Assembly: GCA_963716255.1 (NCBI GenBank)
Contig: OY970303.1
Span: forward strand, 6,016,001-6,080,000
DNA from: an uncultured Gemmatimonadales bacterium
Lineage (GTDB): Bacteria > Gemmatimonadota > Gemmatimonadetes > Longimicrobiales > Longimicrobiaceae
Direction: 5' to 3'
DNA: 64,000 bases
This document shows, in pieces, positions 48,325 to 59,389 of this stretch. The position numbers were made by a program, and so were the translations under genes. Every line of letters starts with the position of its first letter. Position 1 is the stretch's first letter. The notes beneath the pieces are model-generated. The model searched no databases, was not told where the DNA came from, and was given only the letters and a program-made list of their open reading frames with translations.

Positions 48325-50436
48325 CTACCCCTCGGCGGGCGCCGGGCCCGAGCCCATCTCGGCCAGGGCGGCCTTGCGGGAAAGGCGCAGGCGGCCCTTC
48401 TCGTCGATGGACAGCAGCTTGACGTGGACCACGTCGCCCTTCTTGACCACGTCCTCCGTCTTGTCCACCCGGCCGTCCTGCAGCTCGGAGATGTGCACCA
48501 GCCCCTCGGTGCCGGGGAGGATCTCCACGAAGGCGCCGAAGGTGGTGGTGCTCTTCACCACGCCCTCGTACACCCGGCCGACCTCGGGCTCCTCGGTGAT
48601 CGCCGCGATCATCTTCCGCGCGCGCTCGCCGCCCTCGCCCGAGACCGAAGCGATGGTCACGGTGCCGTCGTCGTCCACGTTGATCGTGGCGCCGGTGGCC
48701 TCCTGGATCCCGCGGATCGTCTTGCCCTTGGGCCCGATGATCTCGCCGATCTTGGCCGGGTTGATCTTGATGGTGATGATCCGCGGCGCGTAGCGCGACA
48801 GCTCGGAGCGGGCCTCGGGGAGCGCCTTCTCCATCTCGCCGAGGATGTGCATCCGCGCGCGGTTCGCCTTCTGCAGCGCGTCGCGCATCAGCTCCACCGT
48901 GAGCCCCTCGATCTTGATGTCCATCTGGATCGAGGTGACGCCCTCGCGGGTGCCGGCCACCTTGAAGTCCATGTCGCCGAGCGCGTCCTCCATCCCCAGG
49001 ATGTCGGTGAGCACCGCGACCCGGTCGCCCTCCTTGATGAGCCCCATCGCCACGCCCGCCACCGCGGCGCGCACCGGCACGCCCGCGTCCATCAGCGCCA
49101 GCGAGCCCGAGCACACCGTCGCCATGGACGACGAGCCGTTGGACTCCAGCACGTCGGAGACGATGCGGATGGTGTACGGGAACTCCTCGTACGGCGGGAG
49201 CAGCGGCTCCAGCGCCCGCTCCGCCAGCGCGCCGTGCCCGATCTCGCGGCGGCTGGTGCCGCGCATGGGCTTCACCTCGCCGGTGGAGAAGGGCGGGAAG
49301 TTGTAGTGGAGCATGAACGACTTGGTCTGCTCCGTGGGCGAGTCGATGCTTTCCACGCGCTGCTCGTCGCCCTGCGTCCCCAGCGTCGCCACGCCCAGCG
49401 CCTGCGTCTGCCCGCGCGTGAAGAGCGCCGAGCCGTGCGCGCGCGGGAGAATGCCCACGTCGATGCTGATGGGGCGCACCTCGTCCAGCCCGCGGCCGTC
49501 CGAGCGCTTGCCGGTGGACAGGATCATCTCGCGCATCGCGCGCTTCTCCAGGTCCTTGAACACCGAGCCCACCGACGGCTCGATCCCCTCGAGCTCGGCC
49601 ACCAGCTGCGCCACCACCTCGGCGCGGATGCCTTCCAGCGCCGTGTTGCGCTCGGCCTTGTCGGCGATGCGCATGGCCTCGTCCACCCGGTCGCCGGCCG
49701 CGCCCTCGATCTTCTGGCGGATCTCCGGGTCGATCTGCTTGGGCGTCCACTTCATCGTGGCGGGGATCTCGATCTCCGCCAGGAGCTCCTTCTGGATGCG
49801 GATCAGCTCGCGGATGCCGTCGTGCGCCACCAGCAGCCCCTCGGCGATCTCCTCCTCGGGCACTTCCAGGGCGCCGCCCTCCACCATGGTGATCGCGCTC
49901 TCGGAGCCCGAGACCACGATGTCCAAGTCGGAGTACTCCAGCTGCTGGAAGGTGGGGTTCAGCACCCACTGCCCCTGGATGCGCCCGATGCGAACCGCCG
50001 CCACCGTCTCGGCGAAGGGGATGCGGCTGGCGTTCAGCGCGAACGACGCGCCGGTCAGCGCGATCACGTCGGCGTCGTTCTCCTGGTCGGCGGAGATGAC
50101 GTACACGAAGATCTGCGTCTCGTTGGCGAACCCGTCGGGGAAGAGGGGCCGCAGCGGGCGGTCGATGAGCCGCGCGGACAGGATCTCCTTGTCCGAGGGG
50201 CGGCCCTCACGCTTGATGAAGCCGCCCGGGATCTTCCCCGCCGCGTAGGTGCGCTCCCGGTACTCCACCGTCAGGGGGAAGAAGGGGAGGTGGGTGGGGT
50301 TGTCCTGCGCCGTCGCCGTGCACAGCACCATCGTCTCGCCGAACTGCACCACACAGGAGCCGTCCGCCTGCCGGGCCATCTTGCCCGTCTCGATGGCGAG
50401 CGTACGTCCCGCGAACTGTCTCTCGATCTTTGCCAT
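48325..50436 (-). CDS. pnp: Polyribonucleotide nucleotidyltransferase
   Basis: [46 protein letters not shown] and S1 domains. Confidence 0.99.
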   Translation of the reverse strand: MAKIERQFAGRTLAIETGKMARQADGSCVVQFGETMVLCTATAQDNPTHLPFFPLTVEYRERTYAAGKIPGGFIKREGRPSDKEILSARLIDRPLRPLFPDGFANETQIFVYVISADQENDADVIALTGASFALNASRIPFAETVAAVRIGRIQGQWVLNPTFQQLEYSDLDIVVSGSESAITMVEGGALEVPEEEIAEGLLVAHDGIRELIRIQKELLAEIEIPATMKWTPKQIDPEIRQKIEGAAGDRVDEAMRIADKAERNTALEGIRAEVVAQLVAELEGIEPSVGSVFKDLEKRAMREMILSTGKRSDGRGLDEVRPISIDVGILPRAHGSALFTRGQTQALGVATLGTQGDEQRVESIDSPTEQTKSFMLHYNFPPFSTGEVKPMRGTSRREIGHGALAERALEPLLPPYEEFPYTIRIVSDVLESNGSSSMATVCSGSLALMDAGVPVRAAVAGVAMGLIKEGDRVAVLTDILGMEDALGDMDFKVAGTREGVTSIQMDIKIEGLTVELMRDALQKANRARMHILGEMEKALPEARSELSRYAPRIITIKINPAKIGEIIGPKGKTIRGIQEATGATINVDDDGTVTIASVSGEGGERARKMIAAITEEPEVGRVYEGVVKSTTTFGAFVEILPGTEGLVHISELQDGRVDKTEDVVKKGDVVHVKLLSIDEKGRLRLSRKAALAEMGSGPAPAEG

Positions 50437-50650
50437 TCTCTTTGCTCTCTTTTCCGTCTTCGGGTTGCTGGGGGGCCGCACAGGGGCCCGCGCTCCCCCA
50501 CGCACGCGGGCTTTGCTTTCCGGGAATTCCGGTAGTTTTCCGCTCGATCAAAAAACGCGCGAACGCCGCACGGGACATGCCCGTGCGGCGCTCGCGACGA
50601 TCAGACGGCCGGCGTGTAAACGATTGTTCCGCTCGCGGGCCGTCGCCGCA

Positions 50651-50914
50651 TCAATGCCGAAGCCCCAGGTCCGCGATCAGCGCGCGGTAGCCTTCGAGGT
50701 CGTTCTTCTTCATGTACGTCAGGAGCCGGCGGCGCTGGCCCACCATCTTGAGCAGGCCCTGGCGCGAGTGGTGGTCCTTCTTGTGCGCCCGGAAGTGCCC
50801 GGTCAGGTGGTTGATGCGCGCCGTGAGGAGCGCGATCTGCAGCCGGGTGGAGCCACGGTCGGTCTCGTGGGTCCGGTACTTGGTGATGATTGCGTCGCGG
50901 TCGATGGTCGCCAT
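50651..50914 (-). CDS. rpsO: 30S ribosomal protein S15
   Basis: [35 protein letters not shown]. Confidence 0.99.
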   Translation of the reverse strand: MATIDRDAIITKYRTHETDRGSTRLQIALLTARINHLTGHFRAHKKDHHSRQGLLKMVGQRRRLLTYMKKNDLEGYRALIADLGLRH

Positions 50915-51010
50915 GCGAGTCGGTACCTCCAGAAGAGTCTATGCTGGTCAGGAAGTGAACCGATCCTTCGAGCTGCCTGAAACCTCTCGGGGATCAAATT
51001 GCACAAGCCC

Positions 51011-52029
51011 TCATAATAACCCCGCGGCGCCGTCCGCACAAGCCGTGGGGCCGCTCTCGCCCCGCAGCAGCGCCCGCCCGTCGGTCTCGTCGCGGCGCAT
51101 CTGCTCCACCAGCGCGTCCGCGGAATCGAAGGCGAGCACGCCGCGGATGCGCGCGCAGAACTCCACCCGCACGCGCCGGCCGTACAGGTCGCCCCTCCAG
51201 TCCATCAGGTAAAGCTCCACGCGCGGCTCCCCGCTCCCGAAGGTGGGTCGCGGGCCCAGGTGCAGGAGCCCGGGGACCGGCTCGCCGTCCACCCGGCCGC
51301 GCACCGCGTAGATCCCCTCCGCCGGGAGCATCTTGTCCGCGTCGCCCAGGGCGAGGTTGGCGGTGGGAAAGCCCAGCGTGCGGCCCAGCTTCTCGCCGTG
51401 CACCACCAGGCCCTCCAGCGAGTACGGGCGCCCCAGCCCGCGGGCCGCCGCCGCCACGTCCCCCGCGGCGAGGGCGCGGCGGATGCTCGACGACGAGTAC
51501 GGCTCGCCGCCCCCGCCCACCGCCTCCACCACGTCCACCGCGAAGCCCAGCTCCGCCCCGATCTCGCGCAGCGTGTCCACGCCCCCCTCGCGTCCGCGCC
51601 CGAAGCCGTGGTCGTAGCCGATCACCAGCTCCTCCATGCGCAGCCGCCCGATGAGGATCTCCTCCACGAAGCGGCGCGCCGGGTACTCGCGCAGCACCGG
51701 CGTGAAGGGAAGGAACACGGCGTACTGCAGCCCCGACTCCGCCAGCACCTCGCGCTTCTCCGCGGGGGTGGTGAGCAGGGGGGGGCGTCCTGCGGGCGGA
51801 CCACGCGCAGCGGGTGCGGATGGAAGGTCGCCAGCACGCTGCGGCGCCCGGTGCGCTCCGCCCGCCGCACGATCTCCTGCAGCACCTCCCAGTGCCCCCG
51901 GTGCACCCCGTCGAAGGTGCCCACCGTGACGATGGACCCACGCCCGTCCGCCGGGATGGGGGGCGGGAGGGCAGGGTCCACGGCGAACGCGGCCGGTCCG
52001 CCCCCTCCGTGCGCGGCGCCGAAGGTCAC
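51011..52029 (-). CDS. ribF: Bifunctional riboflavin kinase/FAD synthetase; frameshift in the G8 run at 51778-51785
   Basis: GTFDGVHRGH and TFHPHP in one frame; GYDHGFG and GRTLGFPTAN in another. Confidence 0.93.
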
Positions 52030-52947
52030 GCCAGCACCTTGCGCGGCTGGACCCGGTCGCCGGTCCGCTCCCCGATGGCCAGGAGCGTCCCGTCGGCGGC
52101 GACCAGGGCCAGCGGGACGCCCGACGGGGCGTCGCCGGGAGCGGGGAGGGCGCGCCCGTGCCCCAGCGCCACGGCGCCCGCCCCGTCCACCTCCACACGC
52201 GGCAGGTGCGCCACCGCCCCCGCGGGCGACAGCGCGGCCGCCGCCACGCGCTCCGCGTCGCCGAGCGCGTCCAGCGGCACGGCGGCGTCCACGGAGTGCG
52301 CGCCCATGCGGGTGCGGCGCAGCTCCGCCAGGTGCCCGCCCACGCCCAGAGCCTCGCCCGCGTCGCGCGCGATGGCGCGGATGTAGGTGCCGCTCCCGCA
52401 CTCCACCTCGAACTCCACCTCCGGCAGGCGCACCTCCACCACCTCGATGCGGTGGATGGTCACGCGCGAGGGCTTCCGCTCCACCTCCTCGCCGCGGCGC
52501 GCGGCCGCGTACATCCGCTCGCCGCCCACCTTCTTGGCCGAGAACCGGGGGGAGCTGCTCGATCTCCCCCACCTGGCGCTCCAGCGCGGCGCGCACCTGC
52601 GTCTCCGCCAGCCCCCGCCAGCCGTCGCCGGCGGCGACCACCTGGCCGGTGCGGTCGTCGGTGTCGGTGGCCTCGCCCAGGCGCATCACGGCGCGGTAGG
52701 TCTTGGGGAGCGGGGTCAGGTACTCGGCGAGGCGCGTCGCCGGCCCGAAGCAGACCAGCAGCAGCCCGGAGGCGAAGGGGTCCAGCGTCCCCGTGTGCCC
52801 CACCTGGCGGGTGCCCAGGGCACGGCGCACCGCGGCCACCGCGTCGTGCGAGGTGGGGCCCACCGGCTTGTCCACGGGGAGGACGCCGCCGCGGGCAGCC
52901 AGCTCCGCGATCCCGGGGGGCGCGGCGGGAGCGGAAGGCCGGTTCAC
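52026..52947 (-). CDS. truB: tRNA pseudouridine(55) synthase; frameshift at the G6 run 52547-52552
   Basis: DKPVGPTSH and GHTGTLDP in one frame; FSAKKVGG and CGSGTYIRA in another. Confidence 0.93.
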
Positions 52948-53357
52948 CCGTTCTCCCGCTCGCCTTCGCCGGTGCCGGTCTCCGCCCCTGCCTCCACGTC
53001 CGTCTTCGCCTCCGGCGGAAGCACCTCGCGCAGGAGCGACTCGATCCGGCTCGCCTCCGCCAGGACACGGTCGTACTGGAAGTGGAGCTCCGGCACCCGC
53101 CGCATGTGGAGCTGCTTGCTGAGCTGCGTGCGGATGAAGGGCGAGGCGCTGCGCAGACCCTGGAGCGCGGCCTCCTTCTCGGCGTCGTCGCCCATGACGG
53201 ACACGTACACCTTGGCGTGGTCCAGCTCCGGCGAGGTCTCCACGGCGGTGATGGTCACCAGCCCCACGCGGGGGTCGCGGACCGCGTCGCGAACCAGGAT
53301 GGAGATTTCCTGGCGGAGCTGCTCGTTGATGCGGTCGGTACGTTGAAAGCGCGCCAT
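52944..53357 (-). CDS. rbfA: Ribosome-binding factor A
   Basis: VRDPRVGLVTIT, DHAKVYVS, RRVPELHFQYD. Confidence 0.97.
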   Translation of the reverse strand: MARFQRTDRINEQLRQEISILVRDAVRDPRVGLVTITAVETSPELDHAKVYVSVMGDDAEKEAALQGLRSASPFIRTQLSKQLHMRRVPELHFQYDRVLAEASRIESLLREVLPPEAKTDVEAGAETGTGEGERENG

Positions 53358-53370
53358 AAGCCCCCAATGT

Positions 53371-53451
53371 GAACAGGGAACAGGTCAGGGGAACCGCAGG
53401 CAACAACCATGCTGCCGCAGGCTGTTCCCTGTTCCCTATTCCCTGTTCCCT
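53371..53451. repeat. Heptamer tandem repeats (AGGGAAC/AGGGAAT) in inverted arrangement
   Basis: GAACAGGGAACAGG ... CTGTTCCCTGTTCCCTATTCCCTGTTCCCT; same unit at 19408-19426. Confidence 0.7.
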
Positions 53452-53731
53452 AGTAGAACGTCGTGTAGGAGTCGACGATGCGTGCTTCCGGCTCCTCTTC
53501 CACCATCCGGTCGACCGAGGCGAGGACCGACTGCGCGTGGCGCCGGTCGCCCGACACCAGGCAGGCGGCCAGCTCGGCGCGCTGGTGCGCGTCCTGGTGC
53601 CCCGTTTCCGCCACGGAAACGTTGAAGCGGTTGTGGAGCCGGTCCTTGAGGCTCAGCACCACCCGCCGCTTCTCCTTCAGCGAGGCGCAGCCGGGAAGGT
53701 GAAGCTCCCAGACCACCAGGCCGACGACCAT
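53450..53731 (-). CDS. DUF503 (YlxP-like) protein
   Basis: SLKEKRRVV..RFNVSVAE; usual position between infB and rbfA. Confidence 0.9.
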   Translation of the reverse strand: MVVGLVVWELHLPGCASLKEKRRVVLSLKDRLHNRFNVSVAETGHQDAHQRAELAACLVSGDRRHAQSVLASVDRMVEEEPEARIVDSYTTFY

Positions 53732-53811
53732 CTCCCCCCCGTCCTTATCAGATCACACGAAAACGGGAGCGCGGCGCGGCACCGTGCCGCACCGCGCTCC
53801 CCCTCCGACGG

Positions 53812-56739
53812 TCAGCGATCCTCGTTCGTGCTGGCCAGCGTGCGCGCGACCTCCTCCACGCGGTAGCACTCGATGATGTCGCCGATCTTGATGTCGTTGA
53901 AGTTGTTGACGTTCAGGCCGCACTCGAAGCCCTCGCGGACCTCCTTGGCGTCGTCCTTGAAGCGCTTCAGGCTCCCCAGCTCGCCCTCGTACACCTGCAC
54001 CGCGTCGCGGATCACGCGGATCCGGCCGCGCCGCTGGAGCTCGCCGTGGGTGACCATGCAGCCGGCCACCGTCCCCACGCGCGGGACCTTGAAGAGCTGG
54101 CGGACCTCGGCGGTGCCCAGGAGGACCTCCTTCTCCTCGGGGGAAAGCATCCCCTCCATCGCCGCCCGCACCTCTTCGACCGCCTCGTAGATGATGTTGT
54201 ACATCCGGATGTCCACGTCCTCGCGCTCCGCGACGCTCCGCGCCTCGCCCGTGGGGCGGACGTGGAAGCCGATCACGATGGCGCCCGACGTGGAGGCCAG
54301 GAGCACGTCCGACTCGTTGATGGCGCCCACGCCGCGGTGGATCACCTGCACCCCCACCTCGGAGGTGGCGAGCTGCTCCAGCGAGTCCGACAGCGCCTGC
54401 ACCGAGCCGTCCACGTCGCCCTTGATGACGAGGTTGATCTGCGTGGCCTCGCCCTTCGCCAGCATCTTGGACAGGTCGGTGAGCTTCACCCCGCGGCTGC
54501 GGATGCGGATCCGCTTCTCGCGCTCCAGCCGCTGACGCGTCTGAGCGATCTCCGCGGCCCGCTCGGCATCCATGGACACCAGCTGATCGCCGGCGCCGGG
54601 GACGCCCGGGAGGCCCAGGATCTGGACCGGGATCGCCGGGCCGGCCTCGGGCACCGGGCGGCCGCGCTCGTCGAGCATGGCGCGGACGCGGCCGTGGTAC
54701 AGGCCGCAGACCACGTGGTCGCCCACACGCAGGGTGCCGTTGGTCACCAGCACCGTGGCGACCGGCCCCTTGCCCACGTCGAGCTGAGCCTCGATTACCG
54801 TCCCCACCGCCTCGCGGTCCGGGTTGGCCTTGAGCTCCAGCACCTCGGCCTGGAGGAGCACCTTGTCCAGCAGGTCGTCCATCCCCATGCCGCGCTTGGC
54901 AGACACCTCGGCCGACATCACGTCGCCGCCGAAGTCCTCCAGGACCACCCCGTGCTGCAGGAGGTCCTGCTTGACCTTCATGGGGTTGGCGTCCGGCAGG
55001 TCCACCTTGTTGACCGCCACGATGAGCGGCACGCCGGCGTTGCGGGCGTGGCTGATCGCCTCGATCGTCTGGGGCATCACCGAGTCGTCGGCGGCCACCA
55101 CCAGGATGACCACGTCGGTGACCTCGGCGCCGCGGGCGCGCATCGCGGTGAACGCGGCGTGGCCCGGGGTGTCCAGGAACGAGATGGAGCGCCCGTCCTG
55201 CAGCTCCACGTGGTACGCGCCGATGTGCTGGGTGATGCCGCCGGCCTCGCCCGCGATGACGTTGGTCTTGCGGATGTAGTCCAGGAGCGACGTCTTCCCG
55301 TGGTCGACGTGGCCCATGACGGTGACCACCGGCGGCCGGCCCCGCAGGTCCTCGGGGGCGTCCTCGAAGACCATCTCCTCCATCTCCGCGCCGTACTCCT
55401 CCTCGCGGACGGCCTTGAAGCCGAACTCGTCCAGCAGCAGCTCGATCTGGTCGAAGTCGAGCCGCTGGTTGATGGTGACCATCAGCCCGAGGTTCTTGAA
55501 CGCCGACGAGATCAGCTGCGTGGCCGACACGTCGATCAGCTCGGACAGCTCCGCCACCGTCAGGAACTCGTTGACGCGGACGATCGTGGCCTCTTCATCA
55601 CGGCGCCGCTGCAGCTCCTCCTCGCGGCGCTCGTGCATGGAGGGGCCGGCGTCGCGGGAGCCGCGGCGCTTCTTGCGGCCGCCGGACTCCATCGCCGCCA
55701 TGGTCTTCTTGAAGTTGTCGTCGACCGCCTCCTGGTCGACCCACCCCTTCTTCTTCTTCTTGTCCTTCTTCTTCTTGCTCGCGTCGCTCCCCGCGGCCGG
55801 GGCTCCCCCGGCGCGGGCGGGAGCCGGCGGTGCGCCCTTGCGGACCGGCGTGGGGGCAAAGCCCTCACGCGCCGGGCGGGGCCCGTCGGGACGGCGCTCG
55901 CCGCCGGGACCGGCACCGGCGGGACGCGCCGAATCGGGCCGGGCGCCCTGCGGACGCGCCGGCATGGGCCCGCGGCCCTCTCCCGGGCGTCCCTCGCCCG
56001 GACGCGCCGGACGCGGACCCGGAGGTCCGGCGGGGCGCACCGAGGGCGGCATGGAGGTGCGGTAGGCCGGCGTCGGCCCGCGGTTCTCGGGAGGCGCGGG
56101 GGCGGCCGCTGCCGGGCGCTCGGCGGCCGGCGGGGTCTCGGCGCGCGGGGGCTCCGGGCGGACGGGCTCCGGCCGGACCGGCTCGGGGCGCGCGGACTCG
56201 GGGCGTGCGGGCTCGGCCGGCGCCGCCTCGGCCACCGGGGCCGGGGTGGGCTGCGGCTCGGGCTCGGCGGCGGGCGCGTGGTCCGCCGCGGCCTCCACGA
56301 CGACGGTGACGTCGCGCGGCGGCTCGCCGCCGTCGGTCACCAGGCGGGCGCCGCGGTCGGCGGCGTCCATGGCGGCCTCGGCGGCGATGGCGTCTGCGGC
56401 GTCCGCCATGGGCGACGCGCTGGAATCGGCCTCCGCCACGGGGGCGGCGGCCGGCTGCACGTCGTCCTGGGTGTCCTCGGCGCCCTCCGGCAGGTCCTCG
56501 CGGCGGCGGCGGCGCCGCCGGGGGCCGGCGGCGGCTTCACCGATGACGGCCTCGATGGCCTCCTCGGAGGAGTGGTGCCCGTGGCGCCGCTCGCGCTCCA
56601 GGCGGGCGCGCAGGCGCGCGACGTGCTCGTCGCCGAGCGGCGTCATGTGGCTGCGCACAGGGATGTCCATCTCCCGCAGGAGGTGCACAAGCGCGTCGGA
56701 GGAGACGTTTAGCTCCTTGGCTACTTCGTACACACGCAT
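53812..56739 (-). CDS. infB: Translation initiation factor IF-2
   Basis: [36 protein letters not shown]. Confidence 0.99.
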   Translation of the reverse strand: MRVYEVAKELNVSSDALVHLLREMDIPVRSHMTPLGDEHVARLRARLERERRHGHHSSEEAIEAVIGEAAAGPRRRRRRREDLPEGAEDTQDDVQPAAAPVAEADSSASPMADAADAIAAEAAMDAADRGARLVTDGGEPPRDVTVVVEAAADHAPAAEPEPQPTPAPVAEAAPAEPARPESARPEPVRPEPVRPEPPRAETPPAAERPAAAAPAPPENRGPTPAYRTSMPPSVRPAGPPGPRPARPGEGRPGEGRGPMPARPQGARPDSARPAGAGPGGERRPDGPRPAREGFAPTPVRKGAPPAPARAGGAPAAGSDASKKKKDKKKKKGWVDQEAVDDNFKKTMAAMESGGRKKRRGSRDAGPSMHERREEELQRRRDEEATIVRVNEFLTVAELSELIDVSATQLISSAFKNLGLMVTINQRLDFDQIELLLDEFGFKAVREEEYGAEMEEMVFEDAPEDLRGRPPVVTVMGHVDHGKTSLLDYIRKTNVIAGEAGGITQHIGAYHVELQDGRSISFLDTPGHAAFTAMRARGAEVTDVVILVVAADDSVMPQTIEAISHARNAGVPLIVAVNKVDLPDANPMKVKQDLLQHGVVLEDFGGDVMSAEVSAKRGMGMDDLLDKVLLQAEVLELKANPDREAVGTVIEAQLDVGKGPVATVLVTNGTLRVGDHVVCGLYHGRVRAMLDERGRPVPEAGPAIPVQILGLPGVPGAGDQLVSMDAERAAEIAQTRQRLEREKRIRIRSRGVKLTDLSKMLAKGEATQINLVIKGDVDGSVQALSDSLEQLATSEVGVQVIHRGVGAINESDVLLASTSGAIVIGFHVRPTGEARSVAEREDVDIRMYNIIYEAVEEVRAAMEGMLSPEEKEVLLGTAEVRQLFKVPRVGTVAGCMVTHGELQRRGRIRVIRDAVQVYEGELGSLKRFKDDAKEVREGFECGLNVNNFNDIKIGDIIECYRVEEVARTLASTNEDR

Positions 56740-56762
56740 ATGGTCCAGCTTCCTCCTGGCTC

Positions 56763-57134
56763 TTATTCCTGCGGGGACGTGATTGCGGCCGCCAGTTCGG
56801 CGGCGCGCCCGGCGAAGCCTCGGTCGGTGAGGCCGACGGCGGAGACGACCCCCTTTCCGAGGGCCGCGCCCAGCCGCTCCTGGTCGAGGAGGATCCCGAA
56901 GGGGACCCCCCGCGCCTCCAGGAGCGGGACCAGCTTCTGCTGCTGCGTGGGAGAAGCGTCCGCGGCGAGAACGACGTGGACGACCTCCCCGTCGCGAATA
57001 CCCCGCCGGACGGTGTCGGTGCCCGTGAGCACGGCACCGGCGCGGGCCGCGAGACCCAGGAGGGAAAGAAGCGCCTCCTCCGGGGACCTTGCCGCCCGAC
57101 CGGGCGCGCCCGCCTTCCGGCTGGCGGGGGTCAT
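56763..57134 (-). CDS. L7Ae/YlxQ family RNA-binding protein
   Basis: LLGLAARAG..VVLAADAS..LGAALGK; between nusA and infB. Confidence 0.88.
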   Translation of the reverse strand: MTPASRKAGAPGRAARSPEEALLSLLGLAARAGAVLTGTDTVRRGIRDGEVVHVVLAADASPTQQQKLVPLLEARGVPFGILLDQERLGAALGKGVVSAVGLTDRGFAGRAAELAAAITSPQE

Positions 57135-58483
57135 CCCTCCGCCGGGGACTCCTCGGCGTCCTCGGACACCGCGGCTTCCTCTCCGGCGCCGTCCTCGTCC
57201 TCCACCGTCAGCTCCTCGATCAGCGCGAGGATGCGGTCGGCTTCCGTGGGCGAGATGCCTGGGATGCGGAGCAGGTCTTCCCGCTCCAGATCGATCACGT
57301 CAAAAAACGTAGTATATCCCGCCGCTTCGAGCGCCGCCAGGGTAGCCGGAGCCAGCTCCAGCTCCCGGAGCGGGAAGTCGGTGGACTCGTACTCGCCGCC
57401 CCCGCCGCCGAAGAGCGCCAGGTCGGCGCCGCGCTCCAGCCATTCCCGCGAGCCGTACAGGTCGATCTGCCAGCCGATGAGCTGCGAGGCCAGGCGCACG
57501 TTCTGCCCGTTGCGGCCGATGGCAAGCGACAGCTGGTCCTCGTCCACGATGGCGGTCATCACGCGGCGCTCGTAGTCGGAAACCACCTTGGCGACCCGCG
57601 CGGGGGCCAGCGAGCGCTTGGCGAACACCTCGGGGTCCGGGTGCCAGGGGACGATGTCGATGCGCTCGCCGCCCAGTTCCTGAACCACGGCGCGGACGCG
57701 GGACCCCTTGAGCCCCACGCAGGCACCCACCGGGTCGATGGACTCGTCGCGGGAGGAAACGGCCAGCTTGGTGCGCCCGCCCACCTCGCGGGCGACGCCG
57801 CGGATCTCCACGATCCCCTGCGGGATCTCGGGCACCTCCAGCTTGAAGAGCGCCGCGACGAAGAGCGGGTCGGCGCGGGAGAAGATGAGGCGCGGCCCCT
57901 TGGGCGTCTCCTCGACCTTCTTGAGCACCGCGCGGATCGCCTCGCCCTGGCGGAAGCGCTCGCGCGGGTTCTGCTCCTTCCACGGGATGATGGCGTCGGC
58001 CTCGCGGGAGCGGTTCAGCAGGATCACCAGCTTGCCGCGCTCCACCTGCTGCACCTCGCCGGAAAGCAGCTCGCCGACGCGGTCCTCGTACTCGTCGCGG
58101 ATCTTCTGCCTCTCGCCCTCGCGGACGCGCTGCAGGATGCGCTGCTTGGCGGCCATCACGGCGTTGCGCCCGAACTGCTCGAACTCGACGGGCACCTCCT
58201 GGATGTCGCCGACCTCGAACTCGGGGTCGTCCCAGCGCGCCTCTTCCAGCGACACCTCGCGGGAGGAGTCTTCCACCTCGGCGACGACCTCCTTGAGGAC
58301 GACGATGTCGATGCGGCCGCTCGCCTCGTCGATGGTGATCTCGGCCTCCACGTTGGGGCCGTAGCGCTTGGCGAGGGCGGCGAGGATGCCGTCCTTGATC
58401 AGGTCGTGGAGCTCGTCGCGCGAGATCGACTTGTTCGCCGTCATCTCGCGGAAGGCAGCGATAATCTGGGTCGCGTTGTTCAT
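57131..58483 (-). CDS. nusA: Transcription termination factor NusA
   Basis: FGRNAVMAAKQ, LFKLEVPEI, DPVGACVG, LAIGRNGQNVRLA. Confidence 0.99.
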   Translation of the reverse strand: MNNATQIIAAFREMTANKSISRDELHDLIKDGILAALAKRYGPNVEAEITIDEASGRIDIVVLKEVVAEVEDSSREVSLEEARWDDPEFEVGDIQEVPVEFEQFGRNAVMAAKQRILQRVREGERQKIRDEYEDRVGELLSGEVQQVERGKLVILLNRSREADAIIPWKEQNPRERFRQGEAIRAVLKKVEETPKGPRLIFSRADPLFVAALFKLEVPEIPQGIVEIRGVAREVGGRTKLAVSSRDESIDPVGACVGLKGSRVRAVVQELGGERIDIVPWHPDPEVFAKRSLAPARVAKVVSDYERRVMTAIVDEDQLSLAIGRNGQNVRLASQLIGWQIDLYGSREWLERGADLALFGGGGGEYESTDFPLRELELAPATLAALEAAGYTTFFDVIDLEREDLLRIPGISPTEADRILALIEELTVEDEDGAGEEAAVSEDAEESPAEG

Positions 58484-58541
58484 TGCCGCATTCTTGCCGG
58501 TGATGTCCAGTGAATCCCGCAGGGCCGCCCGGGGCGGCCCG

Positions 58542-59027
58542 TCACCAACGAAAGACCAGGTTCGCGCCGGAAACTTCCGCCAGCGCGACCTCCACCTCCT
58601 CGCCGTCCGGCAGCCGCAGCCGGACCCGCTCCTCGCCCTCGGCGCCGGAGATCCCCAGGAGGACCGCTTCCAGCCTGCGCCCCTTTCCGGCGAGCGGCTC
58701 CCTGCCCTTGACGCGCACCTCGGAGCCGGCGAAGCGCTCCCAGTCGCGGCGGCGGACCAGCGGCCGCTCCACGCCGGGGGAGGAGACCTCCAGGACGTAG
58801 CGGTCGGACAGGTCCTCGCGCTCGTCCAGGAACGGCTCCAGCGCGCGGCTCACCCGGGCGCAGTCGTCCAGGGAGACGCCGGGCTCCCCGGGGCGCGAGT
58901 CGGGGCGGTCGACGTAGGCGCGGAGGATGGGCCGCGCCCTGCTCCCCACGCGCTCCAGTTCCACCAGCTCGAAGCCGAGCTCCTCGATGCGCCGCTCGAT
59001 CTCCCGCGTCAGGGCGTCCTCGACCAC
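58542..59027 (-). CDS. rimP: Ribosome maturation factor RimP (start uncertain)
   Basis: GVSLDDCARVS, YVLEVSSPGVERPL. Confidence 0.96.
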   Translation of the reverse strand: MVEDALTREIERRIEELGFELVELERVGSRARPILRAYVDRPDSRPGEPGVSLDDCARVSRALEPFLDEREDLSDRYVLEVSSPGVERPLVRRRDWERFAGSEVRVKGREPLAGKGRRLEAVLLGISGAEGEERVRLRLPDGEEVEVALAEVSGANLVFRW

Positions 59028-59053
59028 GCGCGCCTTCCGTCCCCGGTGCATAG

Positions 59054-59087
59054 AAAACAAAAAAGTGGGGCGGCAGCACCCCACTTG
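59054..59087 (-). promoter_or_regulatory. rimP leader terminator/attenuator
   Basis: Minus strand AAGTGGGG-TGCTGCCG-CCCCACTT followed by TTTTGTTTT, between the promoter and rimP. Confidence 0.8.
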
Positions 59088-59134
59088 CTACGGCGATCCA
59101 CCCAGGGGGCGCCCGCCCAACCCGCATTCATGCA

Positions 59135-59163
59135 AGTATAGCTGCTGCGCCGCCGAACTGCAA
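59135..59163 (-). promoter_or_regulatory. Promoter of the rimP-nusA-infB operon
   Basis: Minus strand TTGCAG-17 bp-TATACT. Confidence 0.65.
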
Positions 59164-59274
59164 CCCCGGCGGGGCGCTGGGGGCCCCGCCGCGCCCCGCC
59201 GGCCGCCGCCGCCGCGGCATGCCCCGTGCATCACGCCCGGCGGGCTCGCGGGGGACGACGGAGGACGACTCGGC

Positions 59275-59303
59275 TTGCGTGCGTAGACGTGTGGAAATAC
59301 TTT
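59275..59303 (+). promoter_or_regulatory. Putative mreB promoter
   Basis: TTGCGT-17 bp-TACTTT. Confidence 0.5.
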
Positions 59304-59389
59304 AATCGGCTTCGTAGACCCCTGTTTTCACACGGCTTAACGCCCTGCCGGCGCCCGACGCGGAACGCCAGCAGCTTCTTTGCGAGAGA

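Noticed and set aside
55780..56500. Pro/Ala/Arg-rich repetitive DNA in infB
   Set aside because: Ordinary low-complexity IF-2 N-terminal linker.
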